Source: Hamiltosporidium tvaerminnensis FI-OER-3-3
Taxonomy: Eukaryota > Fungi > Microsporidia
Reading direction: 5' to 3'
NCBI GenBank assembly: GCA_022605425.2
Contig: CM061248.1
Location: 310,001 to 374,000, forward strand
DNA length: 64,000 nt
This document shows, piece after piece, positions 36,942 through 49,350 of the stretch; position 1 is the stretch's first letter; each line of letters starts with the position of its first letter. A model generated the notes under the pieces. The model was not told where the DNA came from, did not search any database, and worked only from the letters and a program-made list of their open reading frames with translations. The position numbers were made by a program, and so were the translations under genes.

Positions 36942-39916
36942 TTTATAAGAATAAACATTTCTTTTGTTTTAGTTACATTATTTCTGAAAAATTATACTTT
37001 CTAATATTATTCACCTTAAAAAAAACAAAATTTTATTTTCTAATTTGTTCTTAATTTAATAAATTATCATAAAAGAAATTATTTAATAAGAATAAATTAG
37101 AATCTTTTACTGAATTTTTTTTATTAAGAGCTGTAGTGTATATGTTAAAACAAAAAAACTTTTTTATATACCAATGCGAATATATACAAATTCATGAAAA
37201 TCGCTAGACTGTGATTTAAGAGAGCAATAAAACTTGTTTATTTTTAAGGTTTTTTGAATTCATATTTTTATATCTTTGATTACAATTTTTAAAATCATTT
37301 ATTCGAACAAACATGATGGATTTAATATTTAAAACGGTGTGAGTTTGGATTACACCAGTAAAACCGCCTTTTATTTATCATTTAAGAAAAATACGGTGTA
37401 CCTCATGAAATTAAGGCAAATAAGCAATTGGATTTTGTTTTGAGTTCCCAAGATTAAGTTTAGAGTTTTTGAATTGCAAAAAAAAACCAGATATATATAT
37501 TGGAAGAGCAATTAGCTATAATTTGATCCTAAAATTTGTATATTCGTGTAAATATAAAATTTAAAATTTGTATAAATTTATGATTACTTTTCAAATAACT
37601 TGGCAAAAGAAATTTTTGTGTACGAAAAGAGAGTTTTTTTTCCTACTATTAATGCATACTTGGTATATAGCTGCCTTGGTACATTCATAATTTAACACCA
37701 TTTACATCAAACATCAAAACATTAACATAAAACCTTTCTGCAATATACTTGATTGTAAATTATTTAAAATCTCCATATTACAATTTCTTTTTAATAAATT
37801 GATTTATATCTTCAACCAAATTTTTATATCACATTAGTTTATATCTTTATAGGTCAAAAATTAAATTCCTATGTATAAATAAAACCAAAGAATATTTTAT
37901 AACCAAATTTGATTCAATAATCTTCATTTGTAAAATAAATTTCAAAGAAAGTTAAAATATTTCTAAAATTAGATTTTGTGTTGGATATAAATGTGAGAAA
38001 TAAATGACTTTATTTCTATTTTAAATTTATATTCTACAAACGAATTTAAGGATATTATAATCAAGATGATACATCTTCAATTTTGTAATTAGACCACAGT
38101 TGTGACCTTTATTTTCGAATAAAAATACTCTTTACTTCGATTCAATATAATAACCGTTTATTTAAGGTAAAAAAAACATTTCTGTTTGTGTTTAATATAT
38201 TTGATATTTATTTTAGACTATACATCTATATTACAAAATCATTTTACTTAGATATATCAAGGTCTCAAAATAAAATATTAAAGCATGTACTTCTTTACAA
38301 AACAAAAATGTGGATTACTGGTGATCGAAACAGGTAATTTATTCTTTTGAAAAAAGTCTTGCAAACGAAAAAGTAGATTTTGTGTAAAAACACACTCAAA
38401 ATATTTAAAGTTTAGGTTTTACAATACTCATATATTTTGATTATACTTTCAACATAATTTCAAATATAAACCAATGAAAAAACTTAGAATATATATAAGA
38501 TTGATATCGAAAAACATTCTATTATAATTAGCTTAAAGGCAAAAATGGCCTGGTTTTAGTATTTAGTGCGGTTAAAAAAAGCAGAAAGTTATTTTAAATT
38601 TTATGTTTACCTATTATTTCAACGTGTGTATCAGAAAAAATCATAGACCAGTCGAAATATATGTACAATTAATTCGTTTAAGTTTACATAAATCATTTCA
38701 TAATTTATTGCCGAAGTAAATTGGATTCGTTCATAAAGACAGATTAAACTTGTAAGATAATATAAGTATATCATATAAAGATTAGAAATATAACAACACT
38801 AATTTTATTACATATCACATCGATCGGAAACGTAATTTTATAAAGCAGATATCTAAACCGAGTATTTTATCAAAATTACTCTTTCGATAAAAATATTGAG
38901 TCAAATAAAACCAAATGGAAACTAAAAAGGCTTAAAAAACATATCAACTAAAGAAGGCCTTGTCAAACTATCAAAAACCTTGATTAAAAACAAGATTTTT
39001 AGGACCAATATATTTTTTTTAATCTCTATAAATTTAAACCTTTTCAAGAACGAAATGTTGCAATTAAACAGTAAACATTCTTATGATCTTACATATCCTT
39101 TAGTTATAATTGTATGAATAAAAAAATTTCATGTAAATTTCAGAAAAATCGCATTTTCTATTTGTTTAGAATATTCATTTAAGGAAAAAAGATTGTTTTT
39201 TATAAAGATTTATTACAGTACTTTTGCCACAACAGGAACTATGTTTCGCGTGAGATATAATTCCTTGTTTTTTTATCATGATGTAATGGAAAATTCTATG
39301 ATGATATGATCCATCTAAGGAACCATGATTATGTTGAAAAAATTAAATTAGATAAGGCTTATTATAACTTTGACATGACGATATTCTTTAAAATTTTATA
39401 ATTAATTTTGGAATATTTTTAATTTTTTTTTTGTTATTCCTACAAAAATTCCAGTTTAAATTACTAGATAAATATTTATACCTAAAGTAATATTTAGACA
39501 TGGGAAAAAATGAAAATTTAATGCAAAAATATTCAAGATATGATGACACCACCAATATTATTCTAACAAAGTATTAAGGATTAAAAATACTAAGGAATTC
39601 TGTTTCATGAATATGATACATTATATGATCAAAACTAATAAACAAACTCCATTTAAGATTTCAATAAAGAGTCAAAATTGAAATCTTAAAACTGTATTTT
39701 TTCTATTTATAAATTTTTGTCACCTAGAAAGATTTGTTTAGGTTTTGTCTCGTTTAAATTCAAAAAATAATCTTAGCCTCTTACCGGTGTTTTCTATAGA
39801 TCAGAAAATTTATTTTTAATTCCAAATATACTATGATGCTAAGAAGTGACTTATTACATCAGAAAGTATCAATTATAAAATAAAAAACGCTATTAGTTAT
39901 ATTTAATATGAAATTA

Positions 39917-40043
39917 CGTTAGAGGAACCGACCATAAACATAAATGAAGAGTTGGATTTAGAAGAAGAGACAGTAAGTGGTTAAAGAGGTAAAAGAAAAT
40001 ACATATAAATGGTAAAAATATTTTGACCCAGAATTTTATTAAA
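39917..40043 (+). mobile_element. ~130-bp 3'-end stub of the R4/Dong-like element with 19-bp TSD (2 mismatches)
   Basis: Matches 19745-19872; TATATTTAATATGAAATTA (39898-39916) vs TATATTTAATCTGAAGTTA (40044-40062). Confidence 0.9.
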
Positions 40044-40677
40044 TATATTTAATCTGAAGTTATTTGAATATTTAAGCGAAAAAAAATATTGAAAATTAGT
40101 ATTAGAATATAAAATAATAAACTAAATATATCTTCAAGAAAAAAAAATATGAAATGATATATATGGTAGAATTGATCTAATTAATTTCGTTCATGTTCTT
40201 AAACAGAAACAAATTTGAGAAAAAAATTGGTCAATTGCTAATCATTTATAAATTCTGTGATAAAATGGCTTTATTATTAAAATATATACAATTATTTTCC
40301 CAGGTAGAAAATAAAATCGTGAAATCCTCAATATAAATTTTAAAAAGTGTAAAACTAGTTAATAGCTAGCAAAAAATATTTTTACAGATTTTCTTAATTG
40401 TGAAGCGACTGCACTTAATGATGAATACAATACTGAGTGAAAATCAGATTCGATACGCCTATGCGCAGCAATACGATTACCTTCATTCATAAAACAGAAA
40501 AGAAAGAAAACATATCCGATTAAAAACTCAATATCAAATTAATAATCAAGAGCTATAAGGAAAAAATAACACATCAATCTAGTTATAAGAATATATGAAA
40601 AAAAGACACAATAATATATCTTCTAAGTTAATTTATTTTCTTATTACATTATAAATACTAGTTTTTTCTTAGCTTTC

Positions 40678-40795
40678 AGCTACGGCCATATCCAGAGTAA
40701 AGCACCGGAAATCGTCAGATCTCCGAAGTTAAGCCACCGAGAGCCAGGGTAGTACTAAGTAGGGCGACCGCTTGGGAACCTCTGGTGCTGTAGTT
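40678..40795 (+). rRNA. 5S rRNA
   Basis: AGCTACGGCCATA.., GATCTCCGAAGTTAAGC (box A), TAGTACT, GGGAA; terminal stem AGCTAC/GTAGTT; T-rich Pol III terminator; TATAAATA ~28 bp upstream. Confidence 0.95.
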
Positions 40796-41149
40796 TTGTT
40801 TTTTTCCAAAAGATGTAATCCTAGTTTAATTTTATTAAGATTCAATAGAGAATATTTTTTCTTTTATCATTAAACTTAAGGACAGAAATGATTTTTGTTT
40901 TTTTATAAATATAATACTAGTTAAATAACAATTCGATCTTTAAAAGTAATTAATGGGTTTTTAAGATGATTTAAACTTTTAGTTTTTAAATTAATTAGTA
41001 TTTATACGAATTCTTTTGATGTTTATAAAAGAACTTGAAGTATAGATGGGGAATTAATTTAATATTTAAGTGATTTAAAAAACCGAGCTAAACGTGTATT
41101 CAAAAGTATAAGCTTCATCTTAAAAATCAAATTCGTGTTTTTTTTCGCA

Positions 41150-42540
41150 GAACATCTACATGTGTGATCTTAATTTCACAATAATATTGTAATGCCTCTA
41201 AAAGAACCGAAAAACTTCTTTTAGCTAAATGAGGCAGTGAGTGTAGTGTTAGAGCTAGTAGTGTACATCTTAACTACGAATGCAAATGGTTTTTGTAGAA
41301 TTCTCGAATTGGCTTGAAAGAACCTTCAATATTGTTTTCCTGCCTAATATGTGCATGCTTCTGATATTCATAAATTATTTGAAATAAATTCAGAAATTCA
41401 ACTCGTCAAGCAAATTTTTCCATTCTAATTTAGTAATTTAAAATATCAGGCACTACAGAAAGGCTTTTAAAGATTAAATATAGGTTCTAAGAAGAAATTT
41501 TTCAAAAATAACTTAAAAGAGATTCAACTTTAGAAGGTATTTCACAAAATAGAAAATCGAAAACTATATTCAAAGCTTTATGAGGCAATATAAAATGAGC
41601 TAGCGCGTCTTATGATTCTTTAAACTACATAAGGAAAGTTAAATTAAGTTATTCTATGAGTTAATTTAATATAGAATAGAACATGAAATTAAGAACAAGA
41701 GTTATGTGTTAAAAAACAGCTCAGTAGAAGAATAAATCATTTAAAAACTCGATGTTAGAAAAAGCACAGGAATTGCTATACCATAAGGCATTTTGAAGTG
41801 TTTAGACAGTTCCACTTACTATTTTTAAATCGATGCAAATTCAAGTCTAGAAAAAGAATAAAGGGTAACTTAGTTTAGCAAATTTTCGATCATATGAATT
41901 CGGAATTACGAGTGGACACCAGAATAAAACCGACTTTTATTTCTGAATGATAAACAAAATATATTTGTGTAATATAAAAGTAAAAATGTGATTTCTCATA
42001 ATGAAGCTCGATTTCTTCCCAGTATTTATTTCTAATTGTTAAACTAAATAAAAACGGAGAAATATAATCTTTTAACCTTCGAGTTAAGCCTTATATATGT
42101 ATTTAGTTTTGAAATCATTCTTTATATGATAACCTGGGCCAATCGCGACAAAATACCACATAAATATCTTAAAAACCATGAAAAAAACATTGACACAGAT
42201 TGATAGATATTGTCGAAGAACACAAAAAGACAGTTGAAAGAATATATTTTTACCTTAAAAATAATTTGAGTCGAACAAAAAGCCGAACAAAGCCTTAATA
42301 GGTATTAGAAAATGAAATAAAACCACTAAAAACTAATAAAATTTTCAAGAGCATCGAATAACGAGAATATGATGTTACACAGGCAAAAAAACTCATAAAA
42401 TTTTTTTAGATGGAAGTATCACATCAAGGGAATGAACATTATTATAGAAATTACTCGGTTTTCAGAGAGAATGAAGCGGCAAGAGCTAGAAGAAATTATA
42501 TAAATATGTAAACAAATTTTCCAGAATTCAATTAAATAAT
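41150..42540 (+). mobile_element. Decayed 3' portion of the R4/Dong-like retrotransposon
   Basis: GAGTGGACACCAGAATAAAACCGAC (~41910) matches 19203-19228; GATAACCTGGG, AAAAGACAGTTGAAA and a 3' end CCAGAATTCAATTAAATAA follow in order. Confidence 0.8.
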
Positions 42541-43889
42541 AATCTTGGAACATTACCTATATGCTGAATAAATATATAAATATTTCAAGTTGTATTACAT
42601 TATGGCACAAAAAATAATCCGTTTTTTTTAGCTGGACTCAATTATACCCATATTAAATAGTATACTGTATTATTACTACGATAAAACGATTCTTCATATG
42701 ATAAAGATTTTTGAATAAACATTGAATCAAACTGTAAATAGAATATAACTATATGTTGAACGTCTTTTAAAAGTAAAACATTACCATAAATTCTTGAGAA
42801 GCTGCTGTTTCACTTAAATTTTATTCAATACAAAAAAAAATACAGAAATTAAAATGTAAGGCAGAAATTTTAAGTCAAAGCCCCGATTCAAATCTGATTT
42901 ATTTATAACAGCGCATATTTCGAAAAAAAGAGCAATTTAAATTTGTTTTCATGACATTACGCAGTTTTAGGTTACATATAAATAACTGTTATCTTAATAC
43001 TACGCCTCTACCTCCTAGATACCTACATCCAAAATTATTTCATGTAAAAAGTTTTTATAACATAATTTATGCGCGAAGCAGTATCCGGTGCTCAGTAAAA
43101 ATCTGTTGCATGAATATGATCGTAGGTTGACTCCTGCCTAGACTTCCATGTGCCTATGCAGCATTCCCACTTACTCTACACTTTCCGAACCCCATAACTT
43201 CATGCTAAAATATATTTTGGCGCGTTACATATAATCTAATTAGACGTCGCAACTTCATACCAACAAGTATAACCTGCTACTTATATTTTCAGTCTTTAAA
43301 ATGTTTTTTTTATTTTTTTCTCGGGCGCAAAGTTTTCTAACCGAGTGACAAGGTTTTATAACCATACTTTGAATGCTAATTACGTTCAACTTCAGCCTCA
43401 GTCTACAATCTAGTTACATAAAAAACTATTAAATATATTAGCGAAAAAGGTTTCGCCATTTATTGGACTTCCTCTTCTCAAAAAATCCCATAAAACAATC
43501 TAAAATGTAGTGTGACTTTATTCATACCAAAAATCTAAACAATGATCTTTAAATCAATTTCAAAAACCTATTTCTGAGCCTTGATTTTTTATTTGGTCAT
43601 CTTCTCTCCCTCCACCACTTCAATGTAATATATAAAAAGTCGCAGAATGAAAAATTTTTCTTTTTTATACTTTCGCTTCAAAATTTATCTTGCGACAAAA
43701 TATATTCCGCTCATATTTTTATATTTGACCCATCAATTATATTAGAAACATTAATTTTGTAAGGTAATTTAGTAATTGAGGTGACTAGGCATTATTATAC
43801 CGACAAACCAATAATTGTAAGTTCTATTTAAATGATTTAAAATATAAAAGTCGCCATATCTTAAAATACATCAATAACACAACTATTTT

Positions 43890-44088
43890 GCTACTACTAC
43901 TAAATAGCGCTAAAGCTCTTAAAGAGTCCGGACCTCCTTAACGATTTTTTTAATTTTTATCATTTCGTTTCATTTTCGTAGCAATATGCTTTTGTGAGAT
44001 ACTCCTGTTAGCTTAATACCCAACCCTCCTCCGCTATCCAGGCTTGGTACCAGCAGATCAGAACTCATCGTTTCTCTGGTGAAGTTAA
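43890..44088 (-). mobile_element. Non-autonomous RTE-derived SINE-like element headed by a twister ribozyme, 11-bp TSD
   Basis: ACAACTATTTT (43879-43889) / ACAACGATTTT (44089-44099); GGGTTGGGTATTAAGCTAAC 5'UTR motif; RTE-like 3' end; (TAG)4 tail. Confidence 0.8.
44018..44088 (-). ncRNA. Twister ribozyme (type P1, somewhat degenerate)
   Basis: UAA-CUUC-ACC-[P3 CAGA..UCUG]-CUGG-UACCAAGC-CUGG-AUAGC-GGAG-GA-GGGU-UGG follows the twister consensus; P2 CUUC/GGAG and P4 CUGG/CUGG pair. Confidence 0.78.
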
Positions 44089-44218
44089 ACAACGATTTTA
44101 ATGTATTTTCATATATTATAGCAATAATTGGTGGTTCGTTTAATATTTCATTAAAAAAATGTTTAATTTATATTTTAATTTGTATTTTCATTTAAATTTA
44201 ACTCTTGTGCCCAAAGTT

Positions 44219-44944
44219 ATGGAATCATATAAAGAACGGAAAAAATGGCACGAAAACAGAAAGTATTATATTCTATTGTCTCTTTATTCACTTTTATTAC
44301 ATCTCTTTAGTTTTTTGCTTCTTTTATTTATTATCTTCTTTCATACTTCGTTTTCTAATACAAGTATAGATTATAAGAAATACATTACAATTTATTTTCT
44401 TAAGATTACACCAAATCTTATATTATGTTTCTTCGATATATTTACATCAAGCAGTGTGTTGAATATTTTATTACTTCTACTAATCATATTTCTTCAAACA
44501 AAAGAAATAACTGGATTGCTAAAGAATGCGAGTTACGTCTACAATTCGAATATTATGAATCTAATTAGAATTTTTGTACCAATGAATGAAAAATATATTA
44601 TTAATATTCTTATCTTAAATCTTGTTTATAACACAGTATTTCTTCTTCTAATTAGAATATTTAGAAGTCATAAACACAGAATATTATTTTTATATTTATA
44701 TTTTTCTCTTCTTCTAAAACCATTGTACAACAATGAAATATATTGTTATATTGTTTTATTTATATTTAGAATTTTTTTATATAAAATAATAAAGATCAAA
44801 AAACACATAAATATTTACAATGTGCTTCTACTTATATATTTGACAACAGTAACAGAAATAGTTATTTCTTGCTTACACCTATGTTTCTCACTAACAAATA
44901 TTGAAATGTTAAATATCAGAAGTAGTTTCAGCAAATATATTTAA
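44219..44944 (+). CDS. Hypothetical multi-pass membrane protein
   Basis: ORF 44159-44944 with several hydrophobic helices; start placed at the ATG 44219 because of the upstream GCCCAAAGTT motif. Confidence 0.65.
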   Translation: MESYKERKKWHENRKYYILLSLYSLLLHLFSFLLLLFIIFFHTSFSNTSIDYKKYITIYFLKITPNLILCFFDIFTSSSVLNILLLLLIIFLQTKEITGLLKNASYVYNSNIMNLIRIFVPMNEKYIINILILNLVYNTVFLLLIRIFRSHKHRILFLYLYFSLLLKPLYNNEIYCYIVLFIFRIFLYKIIKIKKHINIYNVLLLIYLTTVTEIVISCLHLCFSLTNIEMLNIRSSFSKYI

Positions 44945-46699
44945 CCGGTAATATTAAAATATTAGAAATTAAAGTATTTACAAATCAAAATATTAAAATT
45001 AAATATTCTCGGTAAATAATTAGGAATTTTGATAGTAAAATATTTAGAAATAAACTATACTTGCAAAGAAAAGATCAATATAATGACACTGTATGAAATT
45101 TGTTAAGTAATAATAGATTTTTTGATTTTATTAAGCGCCGTGGGATTGTGATATACAATTTTATTTTTTTAATGATAATTACACGTTTAAACCATCAAAT
45201 ACTCAAAAAAAAGTTTCCTTCGAAATTTCTCTGAACAAGCACAAGGAAGATAATACACATACCATCATTCAAATTCAAAAGAAGTTGCAATATTAGACCA
45301 CAATACTTTTTCGTATTAGAAAATAAATGTTGATGTTTTTTATATACGTTTGAATCACGTTCTTAATTTGCTTTAGATTGTTGAAAAGGATATAGAAACA
45401 TAGAAAATAGGAGTTTTGTTAAATAAAAAAACTCTCATTTTAGATATGTCTAGTGTTGATTTTTATTAGAAAACCAATAATGTTTTAACAAGTAAAAAAA
45501 TTCATCTTGGAAATTTTTAACCAATCGTCGCACTTGATGTGTGTAAAAAATCATTAACTTCAGTTTTACTTCTTTGTTTCAATACTTAGTTCATTTTTAT
45601 CTAAAAAAAATTTAAATATAAAACGTTCGAAAAATTAAAGTTTAAAATACATAGAGAATCCTAAGTTAATTAGGAATCACGGTCTCTTCATCAATATTTG
45701 TATAGTTTTCAAAATAAAGATTTAAGAAATCAAAACATTAACCATAAATCACATTTTAAATAAACAACTAAATGCAAAGAATAGTTTTTGATCAAAAAAA
45801 TAGTATTCCTTTTAAACTGTCTAAAATGACAGTAACTTAACAATGGAAACAATGAATATCATGATTTCAAAAGTTGATTTTTTTTTGTTTTCATAATCAC
45901 AATTTTAAAGAAACGAACATTTGAAAAACTTAAAATGCATTCGATTTACATTAGAAAAAGCTATACAGATAATATTTAAAGCCTTATTTATACATACGAA
46001 TATTAGAAAATAATTTATAACAAATAAACGATAAACTTAAGTTACAAATATAAAAAATCAATAAAATATTTTCAAACAATTTACTTTTAAAAAAATTAAA
46101 TTTTTGCAAATAAATCACATGTTTGTTTTAAATAAAAACGAAAGCTGCTAGTATTATAATAAATGGTGAGTTATTAGATATAAAGTTCTAATATTATTTA
46201 TCTATACGCATTCATTAAAAATTTTCTGGTTATATTTTTTAACTCACATTTGTATTACGGATTATTTATTTCTCAAACATTCTATCTATAAATAAAAAAA
46301 CAAAATATTTTTCCTTCTATGCTCCTAATTTTGGTAAATTATGTATAACGAGTATTAATATGTGTTTATAATTGGTTGATTCGTTATTTTCATTATAAAC
46401 ATTTTTTATTTAATATTTACGCTAATTTATAAATTCGGTAAAATTAAATAGTAAACGGGATTTTGAATTGAGTGAGCGAGGATATGTTTATCTAGTCTGT
46501 TTGTTTTTCGTTTTTCTAATATAATAATATAAAAAAAATTAAAAAAATCAAAAATAACACTTAAATAGTTACTTATGTACCAAAATAGAAGAATGATTTT
46601 TTAAGGAATATTAAAGAACAATAAGTATTTTTTTTCTGAAAATATTAAGAAAAATATTTTTTTAAAAAATCAGTATTGAATTTATAATTTTTTTAATCC

Positions 46700-48499
46700 A
46701 TGCATATTTTCATACAATTTTTGATTGTTTATAGTACAAATAAAATTTTTAAAACTGCTATATGTAACGATAATATCCAAGAGGAAGTTACTGTAAGTCT
46801 TGATAATTCTAACGTACAACTCAAAGAAAAAGAATTGAAATCCAAAGTGGATGGAAGTGATACTAAAATGCTTGACAACATCCTTAAAAACGAGATTACC
46901 GGCCAGAACGATTCATCCGAAAAAACCAAATCAACAGAATCAAATTCTAAAATACATTCGAACAGAGAACCGCAGCGTACTAGAAATCACTACCAAAGAA
47001 AATCAACTTCTCATGGTTATCCATCCAAAATCCGAGAAAAAAGATTTGGGAAAGGTGTGAGAAGGAGCAATCCTATCATGAAAAACGGAGGGAAAAAATT
47101 GAAGTCAGTAGTGCATTTACCAAACATGGTACGGCACCATGGAAATAGCGAGAAAATTTATCAACCAACCAACAATTTTATTCAATTCTCCAGTTATTCA
47201 CGTTTAGATATTATAGAACCATTGGTTTTTATAAACCTAATACAGAAAAATGAACTGAAAGATTTGATTCGAACAATAGAAAGATTGATTCGAAATAATA
47301 AAAAGATACAAAAACATTGCAGAAGAGCGGAAACATGGGAATATATAGATTATTTGGCTAATTTAATTGAAGCAAGTGATGGTCCCTTGGAAAAATTGAA
47401 TTCGAATATACTTACGAAAATCGAAGTATCAGAAGTATGTTTACAAACATATGATCAGCCTAAAAATAACCTTATGGCTATTATTAAATGGTTGACAACC
47501 ATATTTAACACCACAAAATTGCTAAAAGACACTTCCTTGGTTAAAGAAATTTTTAATAAATTTAGAAGGGGCAATACTACAAAGAATGAACTGCAACGAT
47601 TGAACTATTTGCTGATTAAAATTGATAATTTATTAAAATCAAAGGAATTGATACATAATCCACAAATCCATTTTGATAAACAACAATGTGTCAGGAAACT
47701 TAAAGAAATTTTCGAAAAAGAATTTCAAAAAAAAATTTATTGTGTTTTTCCTGATTTAGAAATGGTTCTTAATTCTTTCTTTGTAAACGTGGAATATTCG
47801 ATCAAACTTAGTTTAAAATCTATTTTTCCTACACTCTGTTTGATTATTTTAACTAATTTTTTATGTGAAATTTTAACTGAAGACGAATTTTCAGGTAAAA
47901 CACATTTTCTAGCTAGCCAAGCTTCATTTCCTTATATACTCTTAATTTTTCTTATAATTAGAGATTTGTTTTTTTCTTTAGATTCTTTATCATCTATTTT
48001 AGACAATGAACAAAAAATACTTGAAAAATATATGGAAACTCTCATATTTTTATTTAGTAACCGACCTGAGGGGATAAAACCATTTCAAGATAATTCCATA
48101 TTCTTGGTTAGCCTTTTTATTTATTCAAATATGTTTTGCTTTTCAGAACTAAACAAATCAGACAATTCTAAGAGTTCAAGAATATTTTATCTAAATTTAA
48201 TAAGTTCCATAGGTCAAAAGGTTTTTAATTACAGAAACGACAGAAATAAAAACATTCAGGAACTTTATAATGATATTTATATTATCGTCAGAAATAATTT
48301 AAATTCTTTTAAAAATATTCTGCAAAAACGAATATATTTGTTACAATTTAAATCAGATGATTCAGCTTATCAAGATATATTGTGTTGGGCGTATAGTTCT
48401 GACGTAAGAGTTCCGGAATTCAAAATAATATTTAAAAACATACTTACATTCTACATTTATTCCAGGTTTATCAAAGAGAATCACACGAAGCAGCTTTAA
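46700..48499 (+). CDS. Hypothetical secreted protein (orphan)
   Basis: 599-aa ORF with signal-like N-terminus MHIFIQFLIVYS, low-complexity basic region and helical C-terminal part; no recognised family. Confidence 0.8.
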   Translation: MHIFIQFLIVYSTNKIFKTAICNDNIQEEVTVSLDNSNVQLKEKELKSKVDGSDTKMLDNILKNEITGQNDSSEKTKSTESNSKIHSNREPQRTRNHYQRKSTSHGYPSKIREKRFGKGVRRSNPIMKNGGKKLKSVVHLPNMVRHHGNSEKIYQPTNNFIQFSSYSRLDIIEPLVFINLIQKNELKDLIRTIERLIRNNKKIQKHCRRAETWEYIDYLANLIEASDGPLEKLNSNILTKIEVSEVCLQTYDQPKNNLMAIIKWLTTIFNTTKLLKDTSLVKEIFNKFRRGNTTKNELQRLNYLLIKIDNLLKSKELIHNPQIHFDKQQCVRKLKEIFEKEFQKKIYCVFPDLEMVLNSFFVNVEYSIKLSLKSIFPTLCLIILTNFLCEILTEDEFSGKTHFLASQASFPYILLIFLIIRDLFFSLDSLSSILDNEQKILEKYMETLIFLFSNRPEGIKPFQDNSIFLVSLFIYSNMFCFSELNKSDNSKSSRIFYLNLISSIGQKVFNYRNDRNKNIQELYNDIYIIVRNNLNSFKNILQKRIYLLQFKSDDSAYQDILCWAYSSDVRVPEFKIIFKNILTFYIYSRFIKENHTKQL

Positions 48500-48899
48500 A
48501 TCATTTATGATGAGTTAATCAAATTTTTCTTTGTGGTTTTTTTACCCTCAATTAAATAAATTATGCTTTCTAAACATATTTAAAGATTATTAGAGATTTC
48601 TTTTGTTAATCAGACGCTTTGGGTTTTAAAACTATTAAAAAAATTTTACTTGTTTATTATAGTCCTCTTTTATCTCTCGGTGTTGAGGAGGAAAGATAGA
48701 ACGCTAACATATTATATCTTTGGTCGTTGTTTCAGCGTTTCAAAATCTATTCATCTTTCACGGAAAGTGGGTTTTGTGACAACAAACTATTTCGGCAATT
48801 ACAAGGTCCTTTATTCTCCACTTAAAACATCCCACTTTTATGTTCCATGAGTCATAGTCTTATTTTTAATTAGATCATTGATTATTGAGACAGTTCTTG

Positions 48900-49350
48900 A
48901 TTTTTTAATTTATTTCTTTTAGTCTATTGCCATCCAGTATTATAGGGTATTTTTTCTTAGATTCACAATAGTTTATATTCAACCAGAAAACCAAAAAAAT
49001 GAAGTTACATCAATTACACACACGTATGGCCAAACTGATAGTTTTAAGTTTTTATTTCCTCTGCCTCATGTTTATATAGAACGTGTTTGATGATTTACAG
49101 ATAGATCGTGTATTGTGGTCGGTACCACGTAAAATATTTCTTTTCAAAATTTTCCAGTATTTTTGAGCTATTCTCTGCATTCTTTAAAAATCATCACTAG
49201 GCTCTTCAAACAAAGAAGAAAATAGACATTATACAGGTCTGAAGGCAATATAATCATTCTCTTTAATTTTTACTCTACTTATATGTAAATATTTGTCGGA
49301 ATATCACCAAATCTATATTTATCTTGTTTTTCTACTAATATAGATTAAAA
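48900..49350 (-). mobile_element. Possible Ty3/Gypsy RNase H relic
   Basis: Minus strand TTTTACGTGGTACCGACCAC resembles the F-T-V-x-TDH motif; otherwise heavily decayed. Confidence 0.3.

Noticed and set aside
37250-37650. Possible Gypsy RT relic
   Set aside because: Too decayed to confirm by eye.
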